Notes: generated by a model not told the origin, from the letters alone. Shown: positions 40,488 through 56,367, counted from the first letter of the stretch. The stretch is 64,000 nt of DNA from Podarcis cretensis (GCA_951804945.1 OX638151.1:122264001-122328000); one strand, 5' to 3'. Made by a program: numbers and translations.

Positions 40488-43023
40488 GTCTAAGGTTGCC
40501 AGGATTCTTGCGTGCATTGAATGTACGTTATATGTGTCTGTGTGTTCTAAAACTGCAATTGCGCTCGCCACGCAGAAGAAAAAAATGCGAGAGGGGTGGA
40601 GGACAGTTCCCCGTTGGATTCCCAGGGGTTTGCCCACCGTGGGGCGTCAGGATACGATCCCACGCATCTGCAGCTGGGATGCGTTTGGCGCTTTGAGGTC
40701 CAATTATCTACATATTGATCCCGAAGTAACTGCCAGTGACAATTTCAAGTGGGAGAGGGCTTCCTACTAGCCACATCCAAAACAGCCTAATAAACTACCA
40801 AGCCCTCGGGTTCAGCAAAGTCATGAGGGTGGAGCAGCCACCAGCCATGAAGTCTGCAGAGATGGGAGAGAATCCGTATCACGCGACGCGATCCTTTAGG
40901 AAAGCCTTGCAGCGAGTCTCCCTCAACGCGGCTCCGCACTTCCGACAGACTCCACCCAGAGGCGACGGGGACAGGGACCCCCCTCTTCCCCGCTTTACCG
41001 CTCCGTGCATAATCAAAACATCGTTTCATCCAGCCTTTTAGCCAATGTGCCCCACCCTCAATGCCGGTGTTTGAAAAGCCATTCGAGCCGCTGGGTGATC
41101 CTGCTCCGCGTTGGCCGTTGCTAATATTTAATGTCTGCCTTGGCGAAGGGTTCATACATCTCCCCGCCCCAGCAGAGCGTGCGTCTGGCAACTCAGGTAA
41201 CCCGGATTATCGAATCATAAGTGTTTGGAAGGGACGACCAAGGATCATCTAGTCCAACCCTCTGCAATGCTTAGTTACTCTTAACCTTATGGAAATAGTC
41301 TCCAAATCAGAAGTAAGCTCTACTAAGAAACAATTAGGTTCGCTATAAAGTAAAACAAGTTAAAAGACGTGGTGAAGTTTGCTCAGGGGTGTTTCCAGGG
41401 TTGCTTGTTCTAGAGTTGGACTTGAATGGCCTCCAATCCGCATTTCACCTCTGAGGGTGGGGGGTGGGAGGGGCTGCCATCAATTCGCTCAATGTGCAAA
41501 CGCTCCGGTCGCAAAAGCTGCAGTCCCGAAGTGTGTGACTTGGGAGGGCCTCCGTTAGCAGCAGGGTTTTCTGCTGAGGATTTGACTGCAGAACATCGCA
41601 GGGCGCGACGGAATCTCAAACTCCACTTTCGTGGAAAGGATTCTGCGTTGTCACCCTTTGCGCTTACTGCTCTCTAAAGCTGGGACTGCCGCCGCCTCCG
41701 CCTCCCTCCGCCTGCCTTAATGGAAATAAGAGTTACGAATGATTTTTTAATGTCTCGTTGGATTTTTAGCCTGTTAATGTAGCGCATCCCTCTCATTATT
41801 ACTTTATTGATTGCTCATTGACCAGCCCCCTTCAAATCGTATTAACCACCCTCTGCCACTTTAGATTAGGAACTGCTTCTCCCTCCCCCCGTTTTCTTCA
41901 TTTTTGTCTTTCTTTTCTTTTCTTTTCCTTTTTTTTTTTGCAAAAAGCACCTTTCATTATAGCCTCACCAGCACCCCAGCAACGGAGATCCGGCTTGGCA
42001 GCTTAATGCTGGCTCTAATGGGGCAGCTCAGAGACAAGGGGCCACGGTCCCTGCCTATTGCATTAATAGCTCAAAGGGGGCTAATACAGAAAATTAGCCT
42101 TAAACGAGCTCTGGAGATCTCCAAATGAAAGAGCCATTTATCACGCTGGCTACCTCCACTCCACTCGTTTGCTCTCTCTACTGGGAACAACTCATTTCCT
42201 CTTAACTAAATTACCTCAGAAATGTCAAGGAAGCCCAGATCGCAAACATAACGAGAGAAGAGGGAGGGAGGGAGGGAGCGAGACAGTGTGCTGCTCACAA
42301 CATATTGTGTTTCTGCGACGGAGTCAAGCGCCTCAGCCAGGAAACAGCGAGGTCGGGGGGAGAGAGAGGAGTATAGACAACCCATCTGTTTACTTCAGTT
42401 CAAGATTAGTAGATAGAGAAGGAAGGAAGGACGAAATAAAAATAAACAATTAAAAGACGACACACGAGGAAGACAGAACTTGACTATGAAAAGTAGTCCT
42501 AGATTAAATTAACAATTCGACCCAACGCACTTTTACTACAAAGTAAGCTCCTACTAAACTCAGTGGGATTCGCGCTCTAGTAAGTTTGCTTAAGGCTGAA
42601 GTCCCTATGGAAGCGACGATGTCTACTACTTCCTACTGAATTCAGCCGGGCAAACGGGGTTAGGATTGCAAATTAAATTAAATTCATGGGGCCTTCAGCA
42701 GAACCAGCCATCGGACTCTGAAGTATGTAACACAACAGAGGCTCGACGGCACACGCAGGTCAGGTTTGGTTTTTGTTGCTGCCGCTGCTACTGCTTCAAA
42801 AGAAACTAGGCAAGCAGGCAGAGAGTTTCGAACCCAGATCCGAAAGCAAGTTTATTGGGTATTGAGGACTGATTTATTCGTTCAAATACATTGCTGATTA
42901 TTCACGCCACGCTTTCTGCCTTGCAGCCCTGTTCAGGGAAGTTTTTAGTGTGTGTTGTATTGAGCTTTTACTTTTTGTTTGTTGTTGGGAACTGCCCAGA
43001 GTGGCTGAGGCAACCCAGTCAGA

Positions 43024-43159
43024 NNNNNNNNNNNNNNNNNNNNNNNNNNNNNNNNNNNNNNNNNNNNNNNNNNNNNNNNNNNNNNNNNNNNNNNNNNNNN
43101 NNNNNNNNNNNNNNNNNNNNNNNNNNNNNNNNNNNNNNNNNNNNNNNNNNNNNNNNNNN
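43024..43159. other. Assembly gap (136 N) adjoining an L2 tail fragment
   Basis: Run of n; left flank cccagagtggctgaggcaacccagtcaga is the L2 tail motif in plus orientation. Confidence 0.98.
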
Positions 43160-44150
43160 CTATCTGAATTGAAACGGAACTGCGTGTTTGCGGGTGAGAT
43201 GCGCCATTTGTCCACAGGGGCTTCTTCCACCAGGCCTCCCCGCAATTCAGAATCAAGCACGCACATGCGAACCTCCTCTCTCAGCCACCCAGTTCCAGTG
43301 GAGGTTACCACCAGCCGGATGTGTGCAAGGTGGAGATGTGAACTGAATTTTATTCTGGTTGGTACCAAGGTTTTAAACAGACGGCTAGAGGGAACGAAGA
43401 GGGTTACCGTGTCGCCTTTCCTCTCCTCCCTTCTCACGCTAAGAAAAAAAAAAGGGGGGAGTGTCACACACTGGGACCAGCGTGGCAATAAAAGATGACA
43501 GATATCGCCATTACTTTCATAGGCCTCAAAGATCGTAAGACGTGGGCGCTAAGGGATGAGCTGAGTGTGTTAATAATTTATCTCCATATCGCATCTCCTT
43601 TGTCACTGGGATATTTTTGCCTAGAAAAATGGGCACCGCTCTGTGTGAAATAGGAAGCGTCACTCCACTTTTCTATCCGTTCACACGTAGCAGAGAGGGT
43701 TGCAGCTGCAACGATCCCTTCGGCATTAGGTTCCAGCCAGAAGAAAGAGAGCGGCCTTCTCCCTGCCACAACTATCTGCGCAGCTTCCCTCTTCCCAGGA
43801 TCTGCTTAAGGACAGGCAGCCACAAATGCCCCTAGGCCTTTCGCTGTTTTGCTACTAGAAACCTGTCCAGCCATATTTCTGGGAATGGATTTCAGACAAG
43901 GCTCACTGGAAGGAAAACACTGAATTCCCAAGACTTTTGAATTGTGTGTACAGAAAGTGTGGGAAGTCGTCCACACATCTGATTTTAAAAACAGGACGCT
44001 CTCCTATGAGTAGTGAATGGGATTCTGGGCAGTGATTCTAACGCAGTTACTATGGCTTCCAATAAGTGAGCCCCACTGAACTCAAGAAGCTCACTTCTCA
44101 GTAGAGGTGACAAGAAAGGCAATATAACCGAAAATGCTTAAGATCGTGCT

Positions 44151-45424
44151 ACCAGTAATCAACTTGAATAAAATATATGGGGGGGGGGCAGGTAAACCCC
44201 GCCCTGCATAATCGATCACATGACGCGGTGCACGCACACCATTTGAAAAGCAATGCCAATCAACTTGGGGGGCAGGGGGCAAATACTCCTTGACCTCTAG
44301 GAGTTGGCTCCTATGTAGAGAGATTTGTTAGACAATATTATGCAGCACGCGTGCGCGCGCGCGCACATACACCGGAGCAGGAGGAAAGGACTCTTTAGGA
44401 CTAAGTTCGACTGGACTGACTTCGCTAGCAAAAGGCGACAATAGCCGGGGTTGTCAACGTGGTGTCCGCGGATGCCGTCCGACTCCAATTCGCAGTGGTA
44501 CAAGTCATAAATGATGATGATCATCTCTAGACATTGGCCATGCTGGCTGGGGCCGATGCGAGAGGGCGTCCAACAACCTTTGGAGGATATATAATCCCTC
44601 AACCTCAATCACATTTACTTAGTTGTTTCATTGGCTTCGGTTGTTTAGCGCCGCGGCCTTAAATTGATTGGTTTGCTCATTATCGAAATTTATACGACAC
44701 GCCGTTCTATAAAATATGCAGTTACTTCCCTCCCGAGCAAGTTATTAATAAGTACTCTGACTTCGGAGGAGACTTATGCTATAAGACTGGGCTGTAACGG
44801 TGCAACCCAGGAGAGATCCTACTGCCATTCAAGGCAATGGAAGAGAGCACCGGCTGAAGGAAGCAAGCGAAGTGCGCCAAGGCTGAAGCTGGGCTATCAG
44901 TTAACGAAGAGGACCCGAGAAAAAGCAACGCGCTTATGAGCTCCATGGTGGCAGACCAATCTACCTGCAATCTACCTTTCCTGCCTGAGCCAGTCAGCTG
45001 AAGGGGGCTGTCTGCTCTGCTCCCAAGTGCCACCTGAAATCATGAACAGAACTGTGCCCTTCCTTTTCGCTTCATTCCAGTTTAGGATTTCCCATAAAGG
45101 CAGCAGTAATTCTATGGACCTTTACTCGCGAGCAGGTCCCGCCCGCATCTGTGGGGCTGAGTTCTACGTAACTGGGTAAAAGTCACCTGCACTAAAACCA
45201 GTAGGATCCGGTCCCATCGGGATTTTGACTTACTGGGGAGCAGGAGTGCCAACTTGAATAAAATATTGTGGGGCCCAGGTAAGCCCCGCCCCACATAATC
45301 GACCATATAATGCAGTGTGCGCGCACACACCATTTGAATGGGAATGTCCATCAACTTTGTGGGGGCCCGGCTCCCTCAAATATTTTATTGTGGGGGCCGA
45401 GGCCCCTCAGAATTGGCTCCTATG
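44151..45424. mobile_element. Two co-oriented copies of a short non-autonomous DNA-element family (44151-44315, 45241-45424)
   Basis: Shared caacttgaataaaatat..caggtaa.ccccgccc..cataatcga..cacaccatttgaa..ttggctcctatg. Confidence 0.65.
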
Positions 45425-47337
45425 CCAGGGAGACTGCGCCCACACGCAGCCTTGCATCATGATGAAAGCAGCAGAAATTACAGGGCCCGCAGCTCTTCTC
45501 TCCGCCGCTAATCCACCTCTACCTTGGAGCCACAGATTTGATTTTAAGGAAACAAATCACGTCCTTTCCATTCAGCTTTCTTCAGTGAGATACCACATTC
45601 AGCACATGTAAATACGTCCTCCTAAACTTAGTTCCTTAAGCCGCCTTTCCCTTGATTATAGAAGCAGATTTTGGGACGGGAGCCTTGAGTTTCCGAGGAA
45701 CTCTCAAAATCGGGGTCTAAGACAGCTTTCTGTTTCCTTTCCGCTCAGGGCTGGGGGAGCTTTGTTAGGGAGCTCGCCGGAGTGGTTCTTAACGGTAAGG
45801 CGAGCCCCGGCAATTGGGGCTGCAGTTTAGGACGCCGAAGAGCCAGTGCTACCATGCCCATCCTGCGCAGTTCAGAACTGGATCTAGCAATAGTAATTCC
45901 GGAGATCATTAAATCTAGCACCCCTCTCTTCTTTGAGTAGGGTCTGCTCAATGTCTATTGCTTTTTCGCCGTAATCGTCCCACGTTTTCAAGAGTCTGTC
46001 AGCGAAATTCAAACGGGAGGCGGGGGAAGCTGGGGAAAGGGTGAAGCAGCTGCAATACGCCCAAAATGAGTTATTGTAATTACATTTAATTAGTTTAATT
46101 AGTTAATTATTTTGCTTACAGCTGTACAAGAGATTGCAAACATTTGTTAATATCACATTCCCTCTAACAGTATGGGGCGAAGCTACACTTACACTAAATC
46201 ATGTATGCATGTGTAGATTTGTTTTTTAATGGAGCATGTGCGATTCGTAACCCTCCCCATCCCATGTTTTCCCGAAGGACAGGCGTGCGTGTGTGTGTGT
46301 TTGTGTGTGCGTGTCCACAGGCTGGGAAAACCCCTTACAACCAAGCTCTTGCCACACCCGTGCACGTTTACTCAGGAGTTGTCCGCTGGGTTCAATGAGA
46401 CTTACTCCCAAGTGAATTGTGCATGAGGCTCAGCCTTAAAATCAATGCTTCCATTGGGCAAGCAGCATGGAGGCAATATAAACAAGGGGCCCGAATCGCA
46501 ACCACCAAGGATCATGGGAATTTTTTTATTTAGCCAGAGCCATTGTTCTACGCAAAACGAGAATTGACGGGGGGGGGGTGGAAGCTATGAAATGATTTTT
46601 GGCCGTTTCACAACTGGACTTTCCCTTTCTGAGTGGAGGAGGGGAGATACATCCCAGAATTAGGAAAACTTTCATTCCCACACCAAGGGAAGTAAACCTC
46701 ACTTAGATGCAAGATCCGTTCATTCCGCTTTTACATCACAATCCTCAAAACGTTTGCCTACAAAATGGTTCCATGAAATTTCAGAGATACAGCCAATCAG
46801 CAGTCAGGTCTTATGAATGCTTACCGGGACGGAAGTTTCTATGGCTACAATGGGGCTCACTCCCAACTTAATGTGCACAGAGCTCGAGGCTAGGATTCTT
46901 CGTAGACATACTGGAGAACAAGCCCCATTGCGCAATTAAACTGGTTTGCTTCCCAGGCACATTCCTAGGCTCATGACGTGTTCTTAGGATCACAGCTGTG
47001 GTTCCCAGGAAGCAAATTTCATTGATTACAAGTGTGGTCCACATGATCAGTAGGGAGTTTTGCTTCCGTTACCCTCCCTCCTTATGAAAATCTGCCTCTA
47101 TTAATCCCTCTGTTCTCTCTCTTTGTTTCTACTGACGTAGTCTTGTCTCTTCCACGTGAAACGTGCTATTCAATCCTATCCACGTTTACTCGGGAGTAAG
47201 CCCCAGTGGAATAAGTACTTCCAAGTAGGTAGAAAAAGGATATTCATTACTCGGAAGGACTATCGATTGTCCCCAAACGGTGAAACAAATGCCACAGATA
47301 CGCGCGCGTACACACAGTATTGAAATGTTTTCCATAC

Positions 47338-47398
47338 CTTTTTTGATGACAGACTGGTCCAACAAGTTCATGCCGCTGTTATTGGCATCTTCTACTGA
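47338..47398 (-). CDS. TFAP2B: TFAP2B exon 3 (SVEDANNSGMNLLDQSVIKK)
   Basis: Acceptor tttgtattcatag|TCA, donor AAAG|gtatgg, 61 nt. Confidence 0.95.
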
Positions 47399-50300
47399 CT
47401 ATGAATACAAAAAAGAAGGGGAGGGGGGTATCACTATTCAAATTGACTGGCCGGCAGAGTACAACGTACACGTAGGTATAAACATATGCACTCAAGCGCG
47501 CGCACGACATCACGTCAGCCCAGGATCTGGAATTCCTGTTATTACCATTTATATTAATTCACTAGGGAAAGAGAGGCGTTCCTTATTAAATCGACAGGGC
47601 AATGAAGCGCTCCCAGATTAGAGGATCTAATAGAAAGAGGTGCAAAACACCTGGGCTTCTTTTTCTTCTTTATTGCTTAAAAAAAAAAAAAGCTAAATAA
47701 TACACCGACTTTATTCCTTCAGGCTTTTAAAAATTCCTTTATTTGCCCTAGTTAGACAATAAGACCATTTGAAATAGGGCACATTCACAATATAATAATT
47801 CTGTGCGAGTTTGCTTGAAATTTAGGAATACACACTTTCTTAGCCAGGTCTACGATCTCGAAACAACCCGATCTTATATGTTTACTTATAAGTAAATGTT
47901 ATTGAACCCAATCGGGCTTACTTCCGAGTAAGCGTGCTTTAGGTTGCCAGTTTAAGTAAAGGCTGAGCAGTAAAGCACATAGTAAGTTTAATTTAAAGCC
48001 CACGCTGTCAAGATCTTCGCTTTCAGTCGTTCTTCTGTTGGAACAACTTCCTTACCTGTGCAGAGGGAGAAGGGCAACTCGCATTTATTTCCATATATTT
48101 GGGGGGGAGAGAGAGAAGGAAACGAAGGTGGGGCGGGGAACAACAACTTACTGATACTCTGATAGGCGATTAAAATAGATTGTCTATCGAAGCCATTTCT
48201 TTTTATGGCCCTCTAGCCTTCTCCTTCCCGCTATGATCTAGGAGCCACACTTGTAATCATGGCACGTCTTTCTTCAACTAAAAAACAATCTTCTGGCCCA
48301 GGAGCGAGCATGGTTGGACACGGAGGAGATACTGCAGAAGGCTCTTGTACTGTGTGGTTGCATGATCCGATTATGGCTCAAAGGGGAGAAAAGGTTGGGT
48401 TTTGCTTACTGCTTGCTCGGAAGCAAATCCTACCCTGGCCTGGTTCTCTGGAATAAGAGTGCCAAATCCGTGTTTGGACCATACCTCTTTAAGGCAACAG
48501 GTGGTAACGGTCTGCCGCATGGTTAAAGAAAGTCCCCGGACGTAGAAAACTAGCACAGAGGGGAGACGACTACCTTGGAATCCTTCTCCACTGCACAAAT
48601 TTATCTGCGGGAATTGCTCTTCAGGATAGGAACACCCCCCCCCGGCAGCCTGAAGTGGTACGGTCCAAGGCACGACCAGGCCTCCGACTTTGTCCTCTGT
48701 ATTATGAAAGATGGGCCTCAGTTTAATGGGATTTCCTTCCCAGTTAGCATGCATGGAGGTGCAGCCTTTATTCCCCCACCCCACTGAAGATAATTTCACC
48801 TGTTGCCCAACCCTAGTAAGTCTTAGTAAGTGGAAATATTGTCATAATCTTCAAAGCAGCAGAGGAGTTCCTCCTCATCACAGCTACCGCGATGCGCACC
48901 TACAAGTCAGTCCATGGAATAAAGGGAGTCCTATAAGGCGTTTCAAACTCCTTATGAAGGAAGAGGATTCCTCCCCACCTTCACCGTTACTCAGACGAAC
49001 AAAAGCCACTTGGTTACCAAGACAAATGAAAGAAAATAAATTTGCATCAGTTCATATAAAATGTATAGCAAAACTGGGCTGAGGTTGCCTCCCTGCATAC
49101 CCTCCCACTTCACAGAGCCTGGGTTTAAATGTCGGTGTTTCTCCATAGGTTTTACCAGCGTGGTCCGGCCAAGGTCTACTCGGAGGTATGACCTACTGAA
49201 TTCAACGGAGCTGATGCTGCCTAACTCGATGATTTCACTTGCTCTCCCAATGAGGACCTTGTTGAGTCTAGGCCATGGTGTCTAGAGCGAACAGAACCTA
49301 GGGCTCTCTATGCCTAAGCAACAGTGACCGACCTAACAAACATTTCCGACTCTTCTGCTGAAGATGGCCTCAGCGAAGGATTTCATTCAAGGGCTTCTGC
49401 GTAACTGGGTCAAGCGGTCTCTTGCCAGCCACTCTGACTCTAGTGCTAAGCGCGTTTGCTTGGAATTAGGGTCCTCGCGAATGGTCATGGCACCGAGAGC
49501 TTGCCAGAGAAGCGTCCGCTAGCCCTCAGCTTCAAAAATAACCGCAGGACAGAGCACTAGACAAAAGGATAGGGAGGGTCCTGCTTCTTCCTTTCGCCCC
49601 CTTTCCAAGCGGCAAGCCTGCGCACGCTTACTCGGGCATAAATCTCGCTTTGTGTTCAGTGCCTTTACTTCAAAGTAAAACGCGTCGAGGATGGCTCTGT
49701 AAAAGAGCGAGCGGCTGGACCGCGTCTCTCATCTTACAGATGCAACCAAAGGGAATAAATACTTGCCGGGGCATGTTCTCCGTCCTTATTGGGGGCAAGG
49801 GAAGGGTGTCACAAGCCCCTAATCCCTAAACAAAAAATAATTAGCTCGGAACGGTTCTTCCCCACCTGAACAACCCCGGCTGGACGTCTAAGAACACACA
49901 CCCGTCCCCCCCAAAAGTGGCCATGCTTGAGTCTCGCTGGGAAGCTCGCGAGCAGAACATTGGAGGCAGCGCCCACCCCCTGGTGCTCATCTGCAGCTCT
50001 TGCAAGGGATGGGGATTCTAATCCTCTTTCGCTCAGGTAAAGGGGCGGGCTTGGCGTTGATCCGGATTAAGTGCCCCCGAAGGGCGTGCCTGTGCTCTAG
50101 GGGCGCAGTTCCTGGGAGGCGCGGTGGGTGGTGGTGGTGGAGATGGCGGTGGCAGGGCTCCTCCTGGAAACCTGTTCCTCGCACCCTCCGCTGCTCGCCT
50201 CCTCATCAGCAGCGCGCCTGAGCTGTTGTAGTTAATGAGAAGAGTCTTGTCTGATTTTCGATCTAATTACGGCCGCCTGCTGGGTTTTTGTACAGGATAT

Positions 50301-53300
50301 TCGCGCAGCATGCTGGCAGTTAATAGTCACAGAGAGGATCGTAAAGATTTAATTAGGACTGCATGCGGAAACACGCACACGCACACTCACACACAACTCA
50401 GACTTTTAATTACTAGACTTCTTTAGTTAAAAGTGATAGCAGGGGTTACTTTGCATGGGTGCAAAGTTAACTTTGGATCCCCAGCGCCTCTCAGAAGAGA
50501 CGGTGGGGGTGGAATTCAGTCTTGGACATTCCCCGCTATAAAGTGCACACATTTATTTATTTATTTTAAATAAAAAAGCTAACACTTTCCAATCGCCGCC
50601 TGACATACCGAGAACAATAAATGGAGGGGGTGGGAAGGAAGAAAAGCCTACAGTGCAGGTCTCGCTTCAGTTCGAAAGGGATTTACGGGGAACGAATGCG
50701 CATTGATTTCAGCGAGACCGTGATCGGCCTTTAATAGGTGCCTCGGAAGTCAGTCCCGTCCATTAACAATGGGACCGGTTTCCATGTAACTCTGCCTGCG
50801 TGCACTTACTTAACGGGAAAAGTCCCACTAAACTCAAGGGGCTGGCTTCTGCGCACAGATGCGTAAGAAGGATACAGGATTGCCTTCAGGATTGCTGCGA
50901 GGAAGAGTAGTTTTGAATCTTAAACCCTCAAGCAAATCTGATATAGAAACCAGTTAAGCCGAAGCAATCTTATTGCAAAGGCTTCAGAGCCACCAATTCC
51001 AAGCGAAACACCCCTGTTCCGATTAACACGACTTTGTAAGCAATTCTGGTTGATTTCAGTTTGATTTACGATAGCAGCGTTTAAACTGCATAAATCCGAA
51101 TACTTTGGATTCCCTGGACTGTGAGTTTGCTCGCCTGCGAACACCTGAACTGATGTGCTTAATGAGAGAATAAGGTATTTCAAGAAAACATTACATCAAA
51201 TATTAACCCGTAATATATTACTGGGGATGAAAAATAAAGTCGTGCAATATATCACACTTGGTATCACGAATACTCGAGTTTCAATTAAAGATAGGGAGCA
51301 ACTGCAGACATATTAATGGCATACAGCCGTGAATATATCATAACTATTTCTTCATCGATCTCTCTGTCTAATCTTAATTTATTAAGGACATTAAGAAGAA
51401 ACAAATTTCTTATCATCCACCTGATAGCTTAGTTACATTGCGGTACACATTAATTGCACATGTACACAGAACGTACCAAATGAAAGTATCCTCGCTCTAA
51501 TAATAGATAATGACTGCTAATAATTCATAAAGTATTCCTGAGGAAATAGTTTCTCAATGGTGCTATTTATCAAGGAAATGCATAACCAAGGAAACGAAGA
51601 ATCAAAATTTCGTAGACGTATCTATCTAGCTCTAGTAGATTCCATTAATTCAAATAAGCCAGATATCAGTTTCATGTAAACTCGCACCTTTCCAAACATG
51701 CCATTAAGAATATACGTTGCAGAACATTCTTCACTTATTCCATAACATTCACATCTAATAGGATTACTTAAGAGGAAATGGATTTATTGAGCACTCTTGC
51801 ACGCCCTTTAACAATATATACACCTACGATCCAGCTACAATTAAGCAGAACTTCTGCTGATTCCAGTGGGATTGATGCAAAGATGTTCCCTCACCCCTCG
51901 CACTGAAGTCAAAGGGACTTAAAACTGCCTAACTGTGCCAGGATTTGGAAGAACGCCCACGCAGTTTGATGGATCCCCCATCTTCCTAAATAAATCTTTG
52001 CAGTAGACAAAGGTTACCAGCATCCACTCACTATTCAGCTACCCTGGCACTCCTGCCTTCAGTCACTGGTCCCTAGATCCTAAACACTTCCCCTTGGAAG
52101 TCAAGCCCTACTGATTTCAGCAGAACTTCCCAGAATATATGAGCAGGCTGAACTTTTAAGGACAGTCTGGAAATCTTCCCATATAGTTAGTCATTCCTTA
52201 TGACGGAGGTGGCACGCTCCCTCCCTTTACTAGAGAGGTGTTCATGTAAAAGTTGTGGACTACATCAATTGCCCGCCCACATTCTCTACCCTTTGCGTGG
52301 CTCCTCTCTTGAGGACCATTTACCGGTACTTGCTTCAGAGCAAACACCCATAGAATCGGGCCGCACGTGACCAAGTGCAGAATTTAACGCTCCCAAGGAC
52401 CGCAACATGTTTACAGCACTGCAACAGAAAACTCTCCAGTTACAAGAAACGCTTCATTCTGCCCATGAACAATGGATTACACATAGCTTCGGTTTGTATT
52501 TCTATAATTATATATTTTCTCCCTAATTTCTTTCTGTCTCTGCTTGCCTTATTTCCCCCCTGTTACAGTCAACCACATTGACTGTAAGAAATTGGGAGGC
52601 GGGGACGCAGGCACCGTTTCCCCTCTGCATAACCCTTTTCTTGTTATTCGAGAAACTGAATAAAACCGATGCGTGTGATTTTTTGTAAACGTCTGGATTT
52701 GTGTACAAGGTAAACTGGATTATTCTTACAAAGTTTAGAATGAATTCTATGGTGTATCCCCCATCCCAAATAAGAGTAAGTTATAATGGAAGGAGACTGG
52801 ACAGTTCCTCCCTCTCTCTCCCTTAGAAGCAAATGCATTTCAAATAAAACAAAGTTCCTTCCCATCAGGGTCGCTTGCTCCTGCTCCACCTGCCTTTTTC
52901 TGTCTCCCAAAAACTGCACATTACTCACAAGATTCATACCTCAGAATAGCTGTTGCCTCTTAGGCGGTTTCAAGGGAGCTGCTTCCTAGCCTAGAATAGG
53001 TTTGTTTTGGAACAAAACAATCCGCACACCTAGCACATTTTCTTCAGCTAAAACCGGGCCATAACCTTTCCTATGACTGATACTCTGCATTTTTCCTTTG
53101 TTTTCACATAGCTGAGCGATTTGCCCCGAGTTCCCATTCCTTTGCATTCGAATTCAGAGGAGCCATTTTCAAATAAATGTTTGGCCCCCATCATCACCCC
53201 ATTTTCAAAGCTGAATACGGATCACGCCATGAAATATCTCCATTCAGCCCAGATCCTCTAATTCTCTCTCCATTGGTCACTGGACACAAACTCATACATT

Positions 53301-54546
53301 CTGCCCCCTCAGTGACCGTATTTGGAGGGAGAGTCGCTTAAGTGAAAAACGCAGGATCGGGCCTGCCAAGTCCTCTCCTCCTCCGGATCGTTTGCGTCAT
53401 GCACATAAACGCTTGATGCGCGTGGAATCTGACGCCCCCTCTGCCTTAGTTCATAAAGGCTGGCAATAAACGCAAACCGCCCAAAATAATCAGATGCTTT
53501 TTAACCCTCTCTGCTCCATCATGCTTTCGTGCAATTGGGGAATTCCTAACGAAACACCCAACGGATTTCGTTCAATCTATATACCAACAATTACTTCGTT
53601 CTGGAGCAATTTCTGTACTGTCATTATTTACTATAATGGAAAATCGTTGATTAGAGTTACGTTCTCTTGGAATAAATTCAGAAATCACGTGGGTTCAGGA
53701 CAGAGATAACTCTGCGTTCAGAGGATCTGTCTTCAGTGCAAAATAAAATAAATGCACTAGTAGAAACGATGACATCTGCAGAAAAGAACGCCCACCCGCC
53801 GGAAGAGAATGTAGCCCCCCAAATAACTAATCCTATAGGCCACTGCCACCTCTTTTCAAGACACTGTGCGAGGCTTTTGTCTTAAACAAAAAAGTAGCCC
53901 TTGATCGTTTGACTGTCGAACTGGAGGAGAAAAGAAATTTAGCGCGTCATCCAGTTCTCTGAAATACATGTTTAGTATTTTAGTTTAGTGTTTAGTATTA
54001 TTAATAAAATAAAATAAAATCTAGAGCAGTGCCTTGTGTGCGTGGATTTATTTCCAACTTTCTGCCCAGCACATGTCCCTGAAATTTTCTTCAACTTTTG
54101 CAAAGAGAAGGGCGGGGTGCGTATCCTGGGAACTCACACGACTTCCATCGAAGTTCTTGGGGCTCCCCCAGCTGCCCCCCTTGCTGTCTACACGGAAATA
54201 AATTCCATTGATTTCGGTGGGACTTTCATCCCAGAGAAGTCTGCCTCTCGCTGCCCCTGGCTGTCTGGCAGCTTGGGGCTGCAACCTTCAGCTGATCATT
54301 GATGGCTGCAACTCACAACTCATTGACTTCCAAGCAACACTGAGGGAAGTTGCAAGACAGAGTTTGTTTTAAGTCCTTTGAAGCAACCGGGAACGTATTA
54401 CCAGAGATAGAAAAGAGTGGAATAAACTCTGGGTGTGTTCCGTCTTCCAGAAAACAAAAGCCCCAGAGATTGCTAAACATGCAAGCCTCCTGGGGTTGGG
54501 GGGGGGGCGCACTATTCCAAAACAGACCTTGAGTAGAGGTCGATCA

Positions 54547-55392
<846 letters not shown>

Positions 55393-56367
55393 TTAGGAAA
55401 ACGGAAGAATAACTCCTGTCTCCTTTCCTTAAGTTCCAAAACTTCCCATGAACTTCTCGACTGCAAGCGACAATGGCAAAAAATAAATGAAATAAAAATT
55501 CTGGTTTTAAAAGAGAATGGAGGAATTAAAAACCCCTTAACTCTACCACGAAGGACTGGGGTGAATTTCTCCACCCATTCCATGGTTCTTCCCCACGAAT
55601 AATCTCGCAAGAGCACGACCAAATATACATTTATTCAACACTGTATCGCTTTAGGAAGAGCTTTTGATGAAAACAAATAAACAAGCCACCCGCTCGTTTG
55701 CCCGTGGCAGAACTGGAAAGATGCGATTCTAGGTTCGTTCTGGAAGATTGTATGGAAAATAATATGAAACAACATTTCTCCTATTAAAATCGATCTCAAA
55801 ATCGGAGGAAAAAAGTTAGGATTAAGCCAGTGAAGCGAGGGCCTTCAGAATATAATTTATTAATATTTTTTCTAATATTTGATTCACGCCTGTAAAAAGA
55901 AAATTAACAAAAATGTTTTTGGCGTTATAATGTATAAAAGTTTTTGTAAAAAACAAAACAAAACACTATTTACATTAAAAAAAAGAGTCACAATCCAAAT
56001 CAATATTCTTCTGAATTGTGGATTCTATATTCGAAGTGAAGCTGTGATTTTACACACACACACACACACACACACGCACAAAATCTATTCCAGAAAAAAG
56101 TCGTTCAAATCCCCGACAGCAATTTTGTTTTATAAAAAGTTTCCCCTCACTCTGCCCCCCTCCTCACCCCCCTAGCTCAGACCGAGAACACAATGCAAAA
56201 CCGAAGAAGCAGCTGCGAGCTTCCTCCAATTATTGTGCTAAATTACCAAGCCAAAGGCGTTCAAAGAGAGAAAGGAAGAAAGAGAGAGAGGGAGAGAGGG
56301 ACTGAGAGAGAGAGGGAGAGGGAGAGAGAACAGGGCAATTTTAAATCACAACACAGAGCCAACTCAC

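Noticed and set aside
42891-43498. ORFs spanning X runs
   Set aside because: Artefacts of the N gap
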